Shown: positions 19,123 to 29,505 of the stretch, piece by piece
How positions within the stretch are numbered: position 1 is the stretch's first letter
Layout: every line of letters begins with the position of its first letter
Assembly: GCA_017959965.1 (NCBI GenBank)
Contig: JAGCZO010000014.1
Span: forward strand, 1 to 57,023
From: Clostridia bacterium
GTDB lineage: Bacteria; Bacillota; Clostridia; UBA1212
Length of the DNA: 57,023 bases
Reading direction: 5' to 3'
Translations under genes and position numbers: made by a program
Notes under the pieces: generated by a model
What the model was told of the DNA's origin: nothing
Databases searched by the model: none
What the model saw: only the letters and a program-made list of their open reading frames with translations

Positions 19123-19198
19123 TCAACTCCCTAAAAAAGAATTATTGTTTTGTCTGCCTTTTTCACAGCTCCCGGCAGTTTGCCGGACGGTGCGGGGC

Positions 19199-19969
19199 TT
19201 ATTTGGATGCTCTCTTTATGGCGCAGTCTTCCGCCGCGGTCAGCGGCACCTTGCTCACGCCGCCTTTAACGGATTTGACCACAAGGGCCGTGGCGCCGTC
19301 CGCCTGTTCCGTGCCGGTAAGGACAATTCCGTCCTTCTCCTGGTTCGTGATGCCAATGGAATAACCGATGGTCTCGGAGCCGTCCGGCAGATTTGAACTA
19401 TACCGCACAACTTTGATTTTGTCAAAGCTCTTTCTCTGAATTCTCTCGATCTCTTCGGTTTTTTCCTTAATCCGGGATATCTCTCCCCGGATCTCCTGCC
19501 TGAATTCGTCGTCTGCGGCGCTGTTTGCCGCCTCTCCGGCAGTCTGTTCTTCCTCCTCTGCTGCTTCGGCGTCCTCTCCGGGCTCTGTTTCCTCTGCAGC
19601 TTCCTCATCCTTCCGCGCCGGCTCTGCTTCGGCGGCTTCCTCCTCAGCCTTTTCTTCATCCGCGGTCTTTTCGTCGGCGTCCGGCTGTTCGCCTTCCTCT
19701 TCGGCGGGCTCCTCCGCGGGACTCAGATCCACAAAAGCATTCTCGTATCTGGGCTGCGTTTCGGTTCCTTTTTCCGCATCGCCTTCTCCGCCGCGGCCTT
19801 GGTTCTGCTCAAGCTCTTCGACCCTTGCGGCCAGCTTTTTATATTTTCCTCCGACAACGAGAAGCAGGATAAAGCACAGTAAGAGAGGAATGAAGAAAAC
19901 TCCCATTATGATGTACACCTGGAGATCAAATGACATTATTTCCGATAATTTAGCAAAAAATTCTTCCAT
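19199..19969 (-). CDS. DUF4446-like membrane protein with a long acidic low-complexity insert
   Basis: It has one N-terminal TM helix. The C-terminal block VVRYSSNLPDGSETIGYSIGITNQEKDGIVLTGTEQ...PLTAAEDCAIKRA resembles the DUF4446 proteins commonly found next to parB. The central segment of about 90 aa is E/A/D-rich. Confidence 0.6.
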   Translation of the reverse strand: MEEFFAKLSEIMSFDLQVYIIMGVFFIPLLLCFILLLVVGGKYKKLAARVEELEQNQGRGGEGDAEKGTETQPRYENAFVDLSPAEEPAEEEGEQPDADEKTADEEKAEEEAAEAEPARKDEEAAEETEPGEDAEAAEEEEQTAGEAANSAADDEFRQEIRGEISRIKEKTEEIERIQRKSFDKIKVVRYSSNLPDGSETIGYSIGITNQEKDGIVLTGTEQADGATALVVKSVKGGVSKVPLTAAEDCAIKRASK

Positions 19970-20046
19970 TATCTTCTCCTTTCAGCTTTTTCGCACCTGC
20001 TTTCAGGCGGATCCCGGAAGGTCTCGGGTTTTAGTCTCTCAAGGAA

Positions 20047-20952
20047 TTAATCCCGGTTGCTCATCAGGAACTCAATGATCCTCTCTCTTTCGTCGGCGGA
20101 GCTGTAGAATATCTGCAGTTTACCTTTACCGTTCTTCGCCTTTTCCACCAGGGTGACTCTGGCGCCCAGCTTTTTCCTGAGCTTTGTCTCAACGTCCTTT
20201 TTGGCAATAACGTACTCGTCCGCACCGTTCTCCGGCTTTTTGACTGTCTCCTGGCCCGCCTTCAGCGAGTTGTACCTCTTTACAAGGTTTTCCGCCTGCC
20301 TGACGTTAAGGTTCTGGTCCGTGATGGATCTGGCGACCTTGACGACGTCGATAGAGGGGTTCAGTCCCAGCAGCGCCTTTCCGTGGCCCTTTGTCAGCTG
20401 CCCCGAGGCGATCATTTCTTTTACGTTGCCTTCAAGAGAAAGAAGCCTGATGGAATTGGTAATGTCCGATCTGCTCTTGGATACCGTGGCCGCCAACGAT
20501 TCCTGGGTGAGCCCGAAGTCCCGGATGTGCCTGTCGAAGGCTTCCGCTTCTTCAATGGGGTTCAGGTCTTCTCTCTGAATGTTTTCAATGAGAGCTATCT
20601 CAAGGACTTCCTTTGCGGTTACCGATCTTTCTATAACGGGCACCGTTTCGAGGCCCGCGAGCCTCGCGGCGCGCCATCTGCGTTCGCCGGCGATTATCTT
20701 ATACACGGGGCCTTCGCTTCTTACGATCAGCGGCTGAATGATGCCGTGAGCCTTGATGGATTCGGCAAGCTCGTTGATCTTTTCGAAGTCGAAATTCTTT
20801 CTGGGCTGCCCCTCGTCAGGCTCCACGTCGCTGATCTTCACTTCAAGCACGGAGTCTGCCGCGGGAGAAGACTCGTCGCCGCGGCCGGTGTTATTCTGAA
20901 ACAGAGCATCGATGCCAAGGCCAAGGCCGTTGTTTTTTTTCTTTTTTGACAT
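20047..20952 (-). CDS. parB: chromosome partitioning protein ParB/Spo0J
   Basis: The GERRWRAARLAG and ENIQREDLNPIEEA motifs and an HTH are intact. Confidence 0.95.
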   Translation of the reverse strand: MSKKKKNNGLGLGIDALFQNNTGRGDESSPAADSVLEVKISDVEPDEGQPRKNFDFEKINELAESIKAHGIIQPLIVRSEGPVYKIIAGERRWRAARLAGLETVPVIERSVTAKEVLEIALIENIQREDLNPIEEAEAFDRHIRDFGLTQESLAATVSKSRSDITNSIRLLSLEGNVKEMIASGQLTKGHGKALLGLNPSIDVVKVARSITDQNLNVRQAENLVKRYNSLKAGQETVKKPENGADEYVIAKKDVETKLRKKLGARVTLVEKAKNGKGKLQIFYSSADERERIIEFLMSNRD

Positions 20953-21006
20953 GCGGGTGTTCCTCCCTGAATAAAGGCAAAAAGGCGTCTCAGCCTTCGT
21001 CTTGGA

Positions 21007-21768
21007 TTATCTGTCCAGCACCTCTTTCGCCAGTCCCAGATATGCCTCCGAGCCCTTTGATTTCAAATCGTAGCGAATAATGGGTTCGCCGTAGCTGGGC
21101 GCCTCGCCAAGCCTTATGTTCCGCGGGATAACGGTCTTGTAGACCTTATCGCCGAAATATTTTCTGACCTCGTCCACCACCTCCGCGGAAAGATTGGTCC
21201 TGACGTCAAACATCGTCATCACGACCCCTTCCACAGTCAGCTTGCGGTTCAGGTACCTTTGTACTTTTTTCACAGTGTCCAGAAGCTGGGAAAGCCCCTC
21301 AAGCGCATAGAACTCGCACTGGATAGGTACAAGCACCGTGTCTGCGGCTGTCAGCGCGTTCAGGGTGAGCAGCCCCAATGCCGGAGGGCAGTCTATGAAT
21401 ATATAATCGTAATCGTCTCTGACCTCGTCAAGGGCAAGCTTCAGCTTGCTTTCTCTGGACATCAGGCTGACGAGCTCCACCTCCGCGCCGGCAAGGGAAA
21501 TGTCGGAGGGCAAAATAAAAAGATTTTCCTGCGAGGTCCCGATGATAATGTCGTTCACAGGCTCGTCGTTAATAATAACGTCGTACGAGGATTTTTCCAG
21601 CTGTTTTTTATTGATCCCCAATCCGGTGGTGGCGTTGCCCTGAGGGTCCAGGTCCGCGAGAAGGACCCTTTTCCCGTAATAGGCAATGCACGCGCTCAGA
21701 TTGATGGCGGTGGTGGTTTTCCCGACTCCGCCTTTTTGATTTGCGATCGCAATTATTTTCGCAGCCAT
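21007..21768 (-). CDS. parA: chromosome partitioning ATPase ParA/Soj
   Basis: MAAKIIAIANQKGGVGKTTTAINL carries the deviant Walker A motif. Start at ATG 21768. Confidence 0.95.
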   Translation of the reverse strand: MAAKIIAIANQKGGVGKTTTAINLSACIAYYGKRVLLADLDPQGNATTGLGINKKQLEKSSYDVIINDEPVNDIIIGTSQENLFILPSDISLAGAEVELVSLMSRESKLKLALDEVRDDYDYIFIDCPPALGLLTLNALTAADTVLVPIQCEFYALEGLSQLLDTVKKVQRYLNRKLTVEGVVMTMFDVRTNLSAEVVDEVRKYFGDKVYKTVIPRNIRLGEAPSYGEPIIRYDLKSKGSEAYLGLAKEVLDR

Positions 21769-21901
21769 TTCACAATTCCGTTCTCCGGCTCCCGGGAGCA
21801 TATCCCAGTGTCCGGTATTCAGCTTTAAGTTTTACCGTATTATAGGAAAAAACGGGTTTTCACTCCCGCGGCGCTCCGGCCTCCGTTTGGCGGCAGCGGC
21901 T

Positions 21902-23867
<1,966 letters not shown>

Positions 23868-23901
23868 TTACCCCTTTTGTAAAGCTAATCTTTTGTATAT
23901 C

Positions 23902-24150
23902 TCACCCGTTAAGCCTGTCCCTGATGGCTGAAACCGTGACCGATGAGACGTAAACGTCAATGCCCGCCGCGCCTTCCGCCAAAATGAACGATTTCGGCAT
24001 TTTCGGCGACGAGTAAGTTATCCTGTTTTTATTCTCGGCGTCCTTCAGAAAGCCTCTTGTGGCTTCCTCAACGGTGGAGTTTTCGATATCGAATATTCCT
24101 ATTATTCTGTCGGATCTTACCGATACGTCGTCGCCGATGTGGAGGTACAT
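23902..24150 (-). CDS. remB: DUF370 protein (RemB/YaaB-like)
   Basis: MYLHIGDDVSVRSDRIIGIFD.... It sits in the conserved position between recF and gyrB. The RBS AAAGGAG precedes ATG 24150. Confidence 0.8.
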   Translation of the reverse strand: MYLHIGDDVSVRSDRIIGIFDIENSTVEEATRGFLKDAENKNRITYSSPKMPKSFILAEGAAGIDVYVSSVTVSAIRDRLNG

Positions 24151-24196
24151 TTTCGTCTCCTTTGATGCGAAAAAATACACATTCATTTTATCATTT

Positions 24197-25339
24197 TTAC
24201 CTTATTTTTTCAACATCAATATAGTTTATCGAAGCTCCTCCGGCGAGGCCGGTGTTCATCATTTCCTTTTCCGTGCAGGTGTAAAAAGTCTGCACGTTTT
24301 TAGTCATTTCAATGATCCTGCTTTTGCGGGCATTGTCCAGTTCCGAAAGAACGTCGTCAAGGAACAAAACCGCCGTCCGGCCCGATTTCTTTTTCAGAAT
24401 ATCCATTTCCGCCAATGTGATCGCAATGGCATAGCTGCGCTTCTGTCCCTGCGATCCGAAGCTTCTGAGACTGTTTCCGCAAAGGTCCATGCCTATGTCG
24501 TCTCTTTGGATTCCGATAAGATTTTTTCTGAATTCCCTTTCCCTCTTTATCAATCTTTCGTCGTTCAGCTCCCTCAGAAAATCCTCTTTTACCGCTTCCA
24601 CCGAAAAATCCGAGCCGTCGCCTTCGGCGATCTTCTCTCCAACGGCGGAATTGAAAGAATGTATGTACGGAAAGTATCTCATGCTCACGGATTCCTTTTC
24701 GTCCGTAATGTAGGAATAATATTTCCCGGCGATCTCGTTCAGTTCCCTGACGAAATTATATCTGTCCACGGCAATTGCCGCTCCGAAGCCTGCGATATTC
24801 TCGTTTATGACCTCCATCTCAAGACCGTCATACCCCGTTCCCATGAGTAAAAGCTTGCCTTTTTCCTCGCAGAATCTGTTATACATCATGAGATCGTAGT
24901 AGTACTCCTTGTTGGTCTGGCAGAGGGCAATGTCCAGAAGTCTCCTCCTGTACATGGGACCGTCGGTCACCGTCCGTATCGATTCCGGCGAGAACATCAG
25001 CCCGATGAGATTTCCGAAAAGCATCCTCATCTTCTCAATGTAAACGCCGTCGATCTCTATGTACTTTGATTTGTTTCTTTCGTAAAAAACGCTTATGCTG
25101 CCGCAGATGCCGTCAGCTATTTTCGTTTTTACCTTATAGCTGTCTTTACCGTACTGTATAAGCTCGGCGTCCTTCTGGGCCTTGAAGGATTTTCCGACGC
25201 AGCACAAAAACATAGCCTCAAGCAGGTTTGTTTTTCCATATCCGTTTTTACCGTAGATCACGTTGATGGAATGAGAAAACCCTAGATTGAGGCTGCTGTA
25301 GTTTCTGAAATTTTTTAGTTCTAGTTCTTTGATTACCAA
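24197..25339 (-). CDS. recF: DNA replication/repair protein RecF
   Basis: The N-terminus has the Walker A motif GKNGYGKTNLLEA; conserved dnaN-recF synteny. Confidence 0.95.
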   Translation of the reverse strand: MVIKELELKNFRNYSSLNLGFSHSINVIYGKNGYGKTNLLEAMFLCCVGKSFKAQKDAELIQYGKDSYKVKTKIADGICGSISVFYERNKSKYIEIDGVYIEKMRMLFGNLIGLMFSPESIRTVTDGPMYRRRLLDIALCQTNKEYYYDLMMYNRFCEEKGKLLLMGTGYDGLEMEVINENIAGFGAAIAVDRYNFVRELNEIAGKYYSYITDEKESVSMRYFPYIHSFNSAVGEKIAEGDGSDFSVEAVKEDFLRELNDERLIKREREFRKNLIGIQRDDIGMDLCGNSLRSFGSQGQKRSYAIAITLAEMDILKKKSGRTAVLFLDDVLSELDNARKSRIIEMTKNVQTFYTCTEKEMMNTGLAGGASINYIDVEKIR

Positions 25340-25345
25340 ATTATT

Positions 25346-26455
25346 TTACCTTGATTTGTTCTTTACCGGCATCAGCAGGATGAAATATGAATCGTCTTCT
25401 TCGGAGGTTATAATGCAGGGACCGCTTTCCGATGAGAAGGTCACGGTTATATTCTCTTTTTCGATAGCCTTGAGACATTCAACAAGTATCTTTTCCTTAA
25501 ACGATATAAGTACTTCCTGTCCGGAAATATCCGCGCTCACTGTCTCGTGAGCCTTTCCGTATTCACCGGTGGCGCAGATAAATACCTGATCCGGGTAGGT
25601 CTTCAGATCCACGAACCACTTTTTATCGTCAACAATAACGAGTGATACTCTTTCGATGGTGTCGATGAAGGTCTGGTTTTTAACAGTCATCACGCATTTG
25701 CTCTCTTCCGGGAAAAGGCTGTTGTAATTCGGAAATTCGCCCTTGAGCAGTCCCGAAACGAGGGAGAAGCTGTTATCGTAGAACTTCACCTGATTTTCGC
25801 TGAAGCAGAACCGTACGTCCGATTCGCTCTTTTCTATTATCTTTGACAATTCTATCAGGACCTTCGCCGGAACAACTATTCTGAAATCCTCCGAATATGC
25901 GCTGGGAGAAGACTTAACAGCCAGTCTGTAGCCGTCGATGGCTACGAATTTCAGGAAATCGTCAGCGTTTTCAATGAGAACGCCTCTCAGTATCATTCTT
26001 GCGCTGTCGACGCTTGCGGCAAATGCGGTCTGTTTAATGAGGGTCTTAAGAGTGGACGCAGGAAGTTCAAGAATATTTTCATTATCCTCCAGAAAACTGA
26101 TCTTCGGGTACTGGTCCGGATTTATAGTGGGAACGTCGAAGTGGGAATTACCGCAGTTTACCACCAGGTTTCCTCCCTTTTCGGCAGTCTCTATGGTAAC
26201 GTATATATCGGGCATCTTTCGGATGATGTCGTAAAAGAATTTCGCGTTGACAAGCGCCGATCCGATCTCCTCAATGATCATCACGGGGACCTGGTAGGTG
26301 ATGCTTATATCGGTATCCGACCCTGTAAGAACAAGGTCTTCGCTGACGTCGATAAGAACGCATTCCAGCGCCGGATAGTTAGATTTTGAAGGTATAGCTC
26401 TCTGAGCAATAGACAATCCTTCGGCAAGCAGATCTCTGTTACATGTAAACTTCAT
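25346..26455 (-). CDS. dnaN: DNA polymerase III beta sliding clamp
   Basis: MKFTCNRDLLAEGLSIAQRAIPSKS...; the RBS GGAGG precedes ATG 26455. Confidence 0.95.
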   Translation of the reverse strand: MKFTCNRDLLAEGLSIAQRAIPSKSNYPALECVLIDVSEDLVLTGSDTDISITYQVPVMIIEEIGSALVNAKFFYDIIRKMPDIYVTIETAEKGGNLVVNCGNSHFDVPTINPDQYPKISFLEDNENILELPASTLKTLIKQTAFAASVDSARMILRGVLIENADDFLKFVAIDGYRLAVKSSPSAYSEDFRIVVPAKVLIELSKIIEKSESDVRFCFSENQVKFYDNSFSLVSGLLKGEFPNYNSLFPEESKCVMTVKNQTFIDTIERVSLVIVDDKKWFVDLKTYPDQVFICATGEYGKAHETVSADISGQEVLISFKEKILVECLKAIEKENITVTFSSESGPCIITSEEDDSYFILLMPVKNKSR

Positions 26456-26574
26456 AGGTACCTCCAATTAAGCGTGAAGATGGTACTTTCATTATATCAT
26501 ACGCGGCCTTTTTTGTAAAGGACAACACCCCTTCAGAACGTCAAAAAAACAGGCTTAAAGAGCCATTTTTCAGA

Positions 26575-26710
26575 GACGAAAAAAAGTCTTTTCTTAAGAT
26601 TTTTTTATGACAGACATAGTGGTAGTAATAGAGATTGTGGGTATGTGGAAAACAGTGAAAAGTAACTAAATATAGAAAAAACACAGTGTGGGTTTCTTGT
26701 GGTAATATTG
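26575..26710. other. candidate oriC module: AT-rich tract, DnaA-trio-like array and DnaA-box-like cluster
   Basis: The AT-rich tract is at 26577-26612. TAG TGG TAG TAA TAG spans 26617-26631. Four same-orientation TGTGG boxes follow: TGTGGGTAT at 26636, TGTGGAAAA at 26644 (1 mismatch to TGTGGATAA), TGTGGGTTT at 26687 and TGTGGTAAT at 26698. Confidence 0.5.
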
Positions 26711-26811
26711 CCCGGAAATCAACAATTTCAAGATACGCAGCGGGTTTTGCTTATCTTTCACGCCATTGCCGGTAAAAATCAGCCGGAAAAAGCCTTGGAA
26801 AAAAAGAAAAA

Positions 26812-26836
26812 CGGGAGTCTGACTCCCGCCTTTTTT
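26812..26836 (-). terminator. dnaA terminator
   Basis: gggag-tctga-ctccc flanked by A/T runs. On the minus strand it is followed by gtttttcttttttt. Confidence 0.6.
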
Positions 26837-26861
26837 CCCGGTATGAAAAGTAATTCAGAGC

Positions 26862-28247
26862 TCAAGAAATAAGCTTTTTGATCTCGTCAACGTAAGCCTT
26901 CACGTCCTCGTCTGTGTGATACCTGGTCTGCACGTTTTTGCAGCCGTCAAGAACGGAGGAATGGTTGAGTCCGCCGAAATCGTCGGCGATCTTTTGATAA
27001 GAATAGCCGAGAGTCGTCCTGCAGAGGTACATTGCGATGTGGCGTGCTTTTACCAGCTCCCTTGACCTGTTTTTGGAAATGATATCCTCGACCTTCACGT
27101 CAAAATATCGCGAAACAACGTCCAAAATCAGATCAGTATTCAGCTCCTTGATCTCCGAAATATTCAAATGGCTCAGAGCCTTCCTGGCGGCCTCCATGGT
27201 GATCTCCTCGCCGTGGGAGACCAGAAGCTTGAACTGATTAAGAATTCCTTCGATCTCACGGACGTTGGTCAGCTCCGACTGGGCAAGCGAATCGATGATC
27301 TCTCTGGATATATCCATGTCCATATCGTCGCTCTTCTTAAGCATGATCGCGTATCTGACCTCATAATCCGGCGCCGCAATGGAGGTCTGGAAACCGTTCT
27401 CGAAACGGGTCTTCAGTCTTTCCGCCAATGCGTTGATCTCGGATATTCTGCAGTCGCTGGAGATCACGATCTGTTTGTCGTGGGCGTAGAGCTCGTTGAA
27501 GGTGTTGAAAAACTCCTCCTGGGTCCCGGATTTATTGGCAATAAACTGAATATCGTCAATGAGAAGCACGTCAACGGACCTGTATTTCAGACGGAACTCG
27601 TCCATGCGGTTGTTCTGGATCGAAGAAATGTAATCCGTGGTGAAGGTCTCGGTGGGAACGTAAAGGACCCGCATCTTGGGGTTGTTCTTTTTTACTTCAT
27701 TGCCAATGGCATGGAGAAGGTGGGTCTTTCCGAGGCCCGAGCTTGCGTAAAGGAAGACGGGGTTGTAAAGAACACCGGGATTTGCGGCGATCTGAGTGGC
27801 GACGCTGTAAGCCTGACGGCAGTTGTCGCCGACGACAAAATTATCAAAAGTGTATTTTGAAATCAGATTGGTTCTGTCGGAACCGGCGGAATAGGAAACG
27901 CCGGGATTGTCGAAGGTGACCTTATACTCAGCCACGTCCTCGGGAGACAGTTCTCCTTTTTTGGAGAGAAGCTGGAGATTCTCGGTCTCCTCTTTATCGG
28001 ATGAGAAAACGAGAGTGCATTCGTGTCCTATCAGCTGCGTGAAGACAGAGTTAACGGAGTCGTAGCGCTTTGAGAAAAACTTCTCGGCAAGAGAGTTTTC
28101 GCACCCGATAACGATAGTTTCATCGTCAAAGTATACGATGGACGACGGTTCGATATATGTTGAGAAGAATATGGAAGAACCCAGTACGGGCCTGTATTCA
28201 TTCTTAAAATTGTTCCACAACGAGGTGTACCCATCTAACGATGTCAT
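26862..28247 (-). CDS. dnaA: chromosomal replication initiator DnaA
   Basis: The Walker A motif is GLGKTHLLHAIGN and the C-terminal DNA-binding domain contains ...VKARHIAMYLCR.... The RBS AAGGAG lies 7 nt before ATG 28247. Confidence 0.97.
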   Translation of the reverse strand: MTSLDGYTSLWNNFKNEYRPVLGSSIFFSTYIEPSSIVYFDDETIVIGCENSLAEKFFSKRYDSVNSVFTQLIGHECTLVFSSDKEETENLQLLSKKGELSPEDVAEYKVTFDNPGVSYSAGSDRTNLISKYTFDNFVVGDNCRQAYSVATQIAANPGVLYNPVFLYASSGLGKTHLLHAIGNEVKKNNPKMRVLYVPTETFTTDYISSIQNNRMDEFRLKYRSVDVLLIDDIQFIANKSGTQEEFFNTFNELYAHDKQIVISSDCRISEINALAERLKTRFENGFQTSIAAPDYEVRYAIMLKKSDDMDMDISREIIDSLAQSELTNVREIEGILNQFKLLVSHGEEITMEAARKALSHLNISEIKELNTDLILDVVSRYFDVKVEDIISKNRSRELVKARHIAMYLCRTTLGYSYQKIADDFGGLNHSSVLDGCKNVQTRYHTDEDVKAYVDEIKKLIS

Positions 28248-28508
28248 AAACAAGCTCCTTAGGGGTGAAAAACAAGAAAATACATGTCTTTCACGTACAG
28301 TATTACGAATAGTCTTATCATTAGTATGAGGGTTTCAAGAGTATAACAAAACGAAAAAAGGATTGCAACAGCCAAAACACCAGAAAAAAATGACAAAAAA
28401 CAACGCCTTACAGCAAAAAACACAAGATGTAGTTTTAGCATGAAACGAAAAACACAACAAATAGTGGAAAATAAAATCTCATAAAACCGATAAAAAATTT
28501 CATTCAGG

Positions 28509-28537
28509 TTGAAAGCAACGGCAAAAAATAGTAAAAT
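28509..28537 (+). promoter_or_regulatory. candidate thyA promoter
   Basis: TTGAAA at 28509-28514, a 17-nt spacer, then TAAAAT at 28532-28537. An 8-bp inverted repeat, AACGTCTT-aaa-AAGACGTT (28541-28559), follows immediately. Confidence 0.5.
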
Positions 28538-28582
28538 CAAAACGTCTTAAAAAGACGTTACTTTACACACGGAGGAGCTGCG

Positions 28583-29413
28583 ATGGGATCGGCTGACGTT
28601 GCTTTTATCGAAACATGTAAAAACATACTTGAGAACGGCTCTTGGGTAAGAGACGAGAAGGTCAGACCGAAGTGGCCGGACGGGACTCCCGCCTACACAA
28701 AGAAGCTCTTCTGCGTCGTCAACCGCTACGACCTGTCGAAGGAATTCCCCCTCATCACGTTGAGGCCAATTTCTCTGAAACTTGCCGTGGATGAGATACT
28801 CTGGATATATCAGAAAAAGTCGAACAATATCCACGACCTGGGCAGCCACATCTGGGACAGCTGGGCGGACGAAAACGGCTCTATCGGAAAAGCCTACGGC
28901 TATCAGGCCGGCGTCAAGCACCACTACAGGGAAGGCGATTTCGACATGATCGATAAGGTGCTGTACGATCTCAAAAACACGCCTTACAGCAGACGGATCA
29001 TGACGAACCTTTACAATTTCGCGGATCTCAGCGAGATGGCTCTATACCCCTGCGCCTACAGCATGACCTTCAACGTGACCGACGGGAAGCTTTGCGCCAT
29101 TCTTAACCAGAGATCTCAGGATATGCTGGCGGCAAACGGCTGGAACGTTGCCCAGTACGCGGCCCTGGTCATGATGATCGCCCAGGCCACAGGCTTTGAG
29201 CCCGGAGAATTCGTCCACGTCATTGCCGACTGCCATATTTACGACAGGCACATTCCGATAATCGAGGAGCTCATCAAACGGCCGGTGTACGATTCGCCGA
29301 AGGTCACCCTTGATCCCTCAATAAATGATTTTTACGGCTTCACTCCCGACAGCTTTACCGTAGAAAACTACGTCCACGGGGACAAGATCCCCAAGTTTGA
29401 GGTGGCGGTCTGA
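28583..29413 (+). CDS. thyA: thymidylate synthase (ThyA)
   Basis: Typical ThyA sequence (...RRIMTNLYN..., ...PCAYSMTFNV..., ...DCHIYDRH...). Confidence 0.95.
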   Translation: MGSADVAFIETCKNILENGSWVRDEKVRPKWPDGTPAYTKKLFCVVNRYDLSKEFPLITLRPISLKLAVDEILWIYQKKSNNIHDLGSHIWDSWADENGSIGKAYGYQAGVKHHYREGDFDMIDKVLYDLKNTPYSRRIMTNLYNFADLSEMALYPCAYSMTFNVTDGKLCAILNQRSQDMLAANGWNVAQYAALVMMIAQATGFEPGEFVHVIADCHIYDRHIPIIEELIKRPVYDSPKVTLDPSINDFYGFTPDSFTVENYVHGDKIPKFEVAV

Positions 29414-29505
29414 TCTACGGCTGCTTTAATTTGTAGTATTTACCTATTTATAGGTAAAATTGGAATGCGGCGCCGGCTTCTTTGTGATGGCGTTTTGGAG
29501 ATCCG

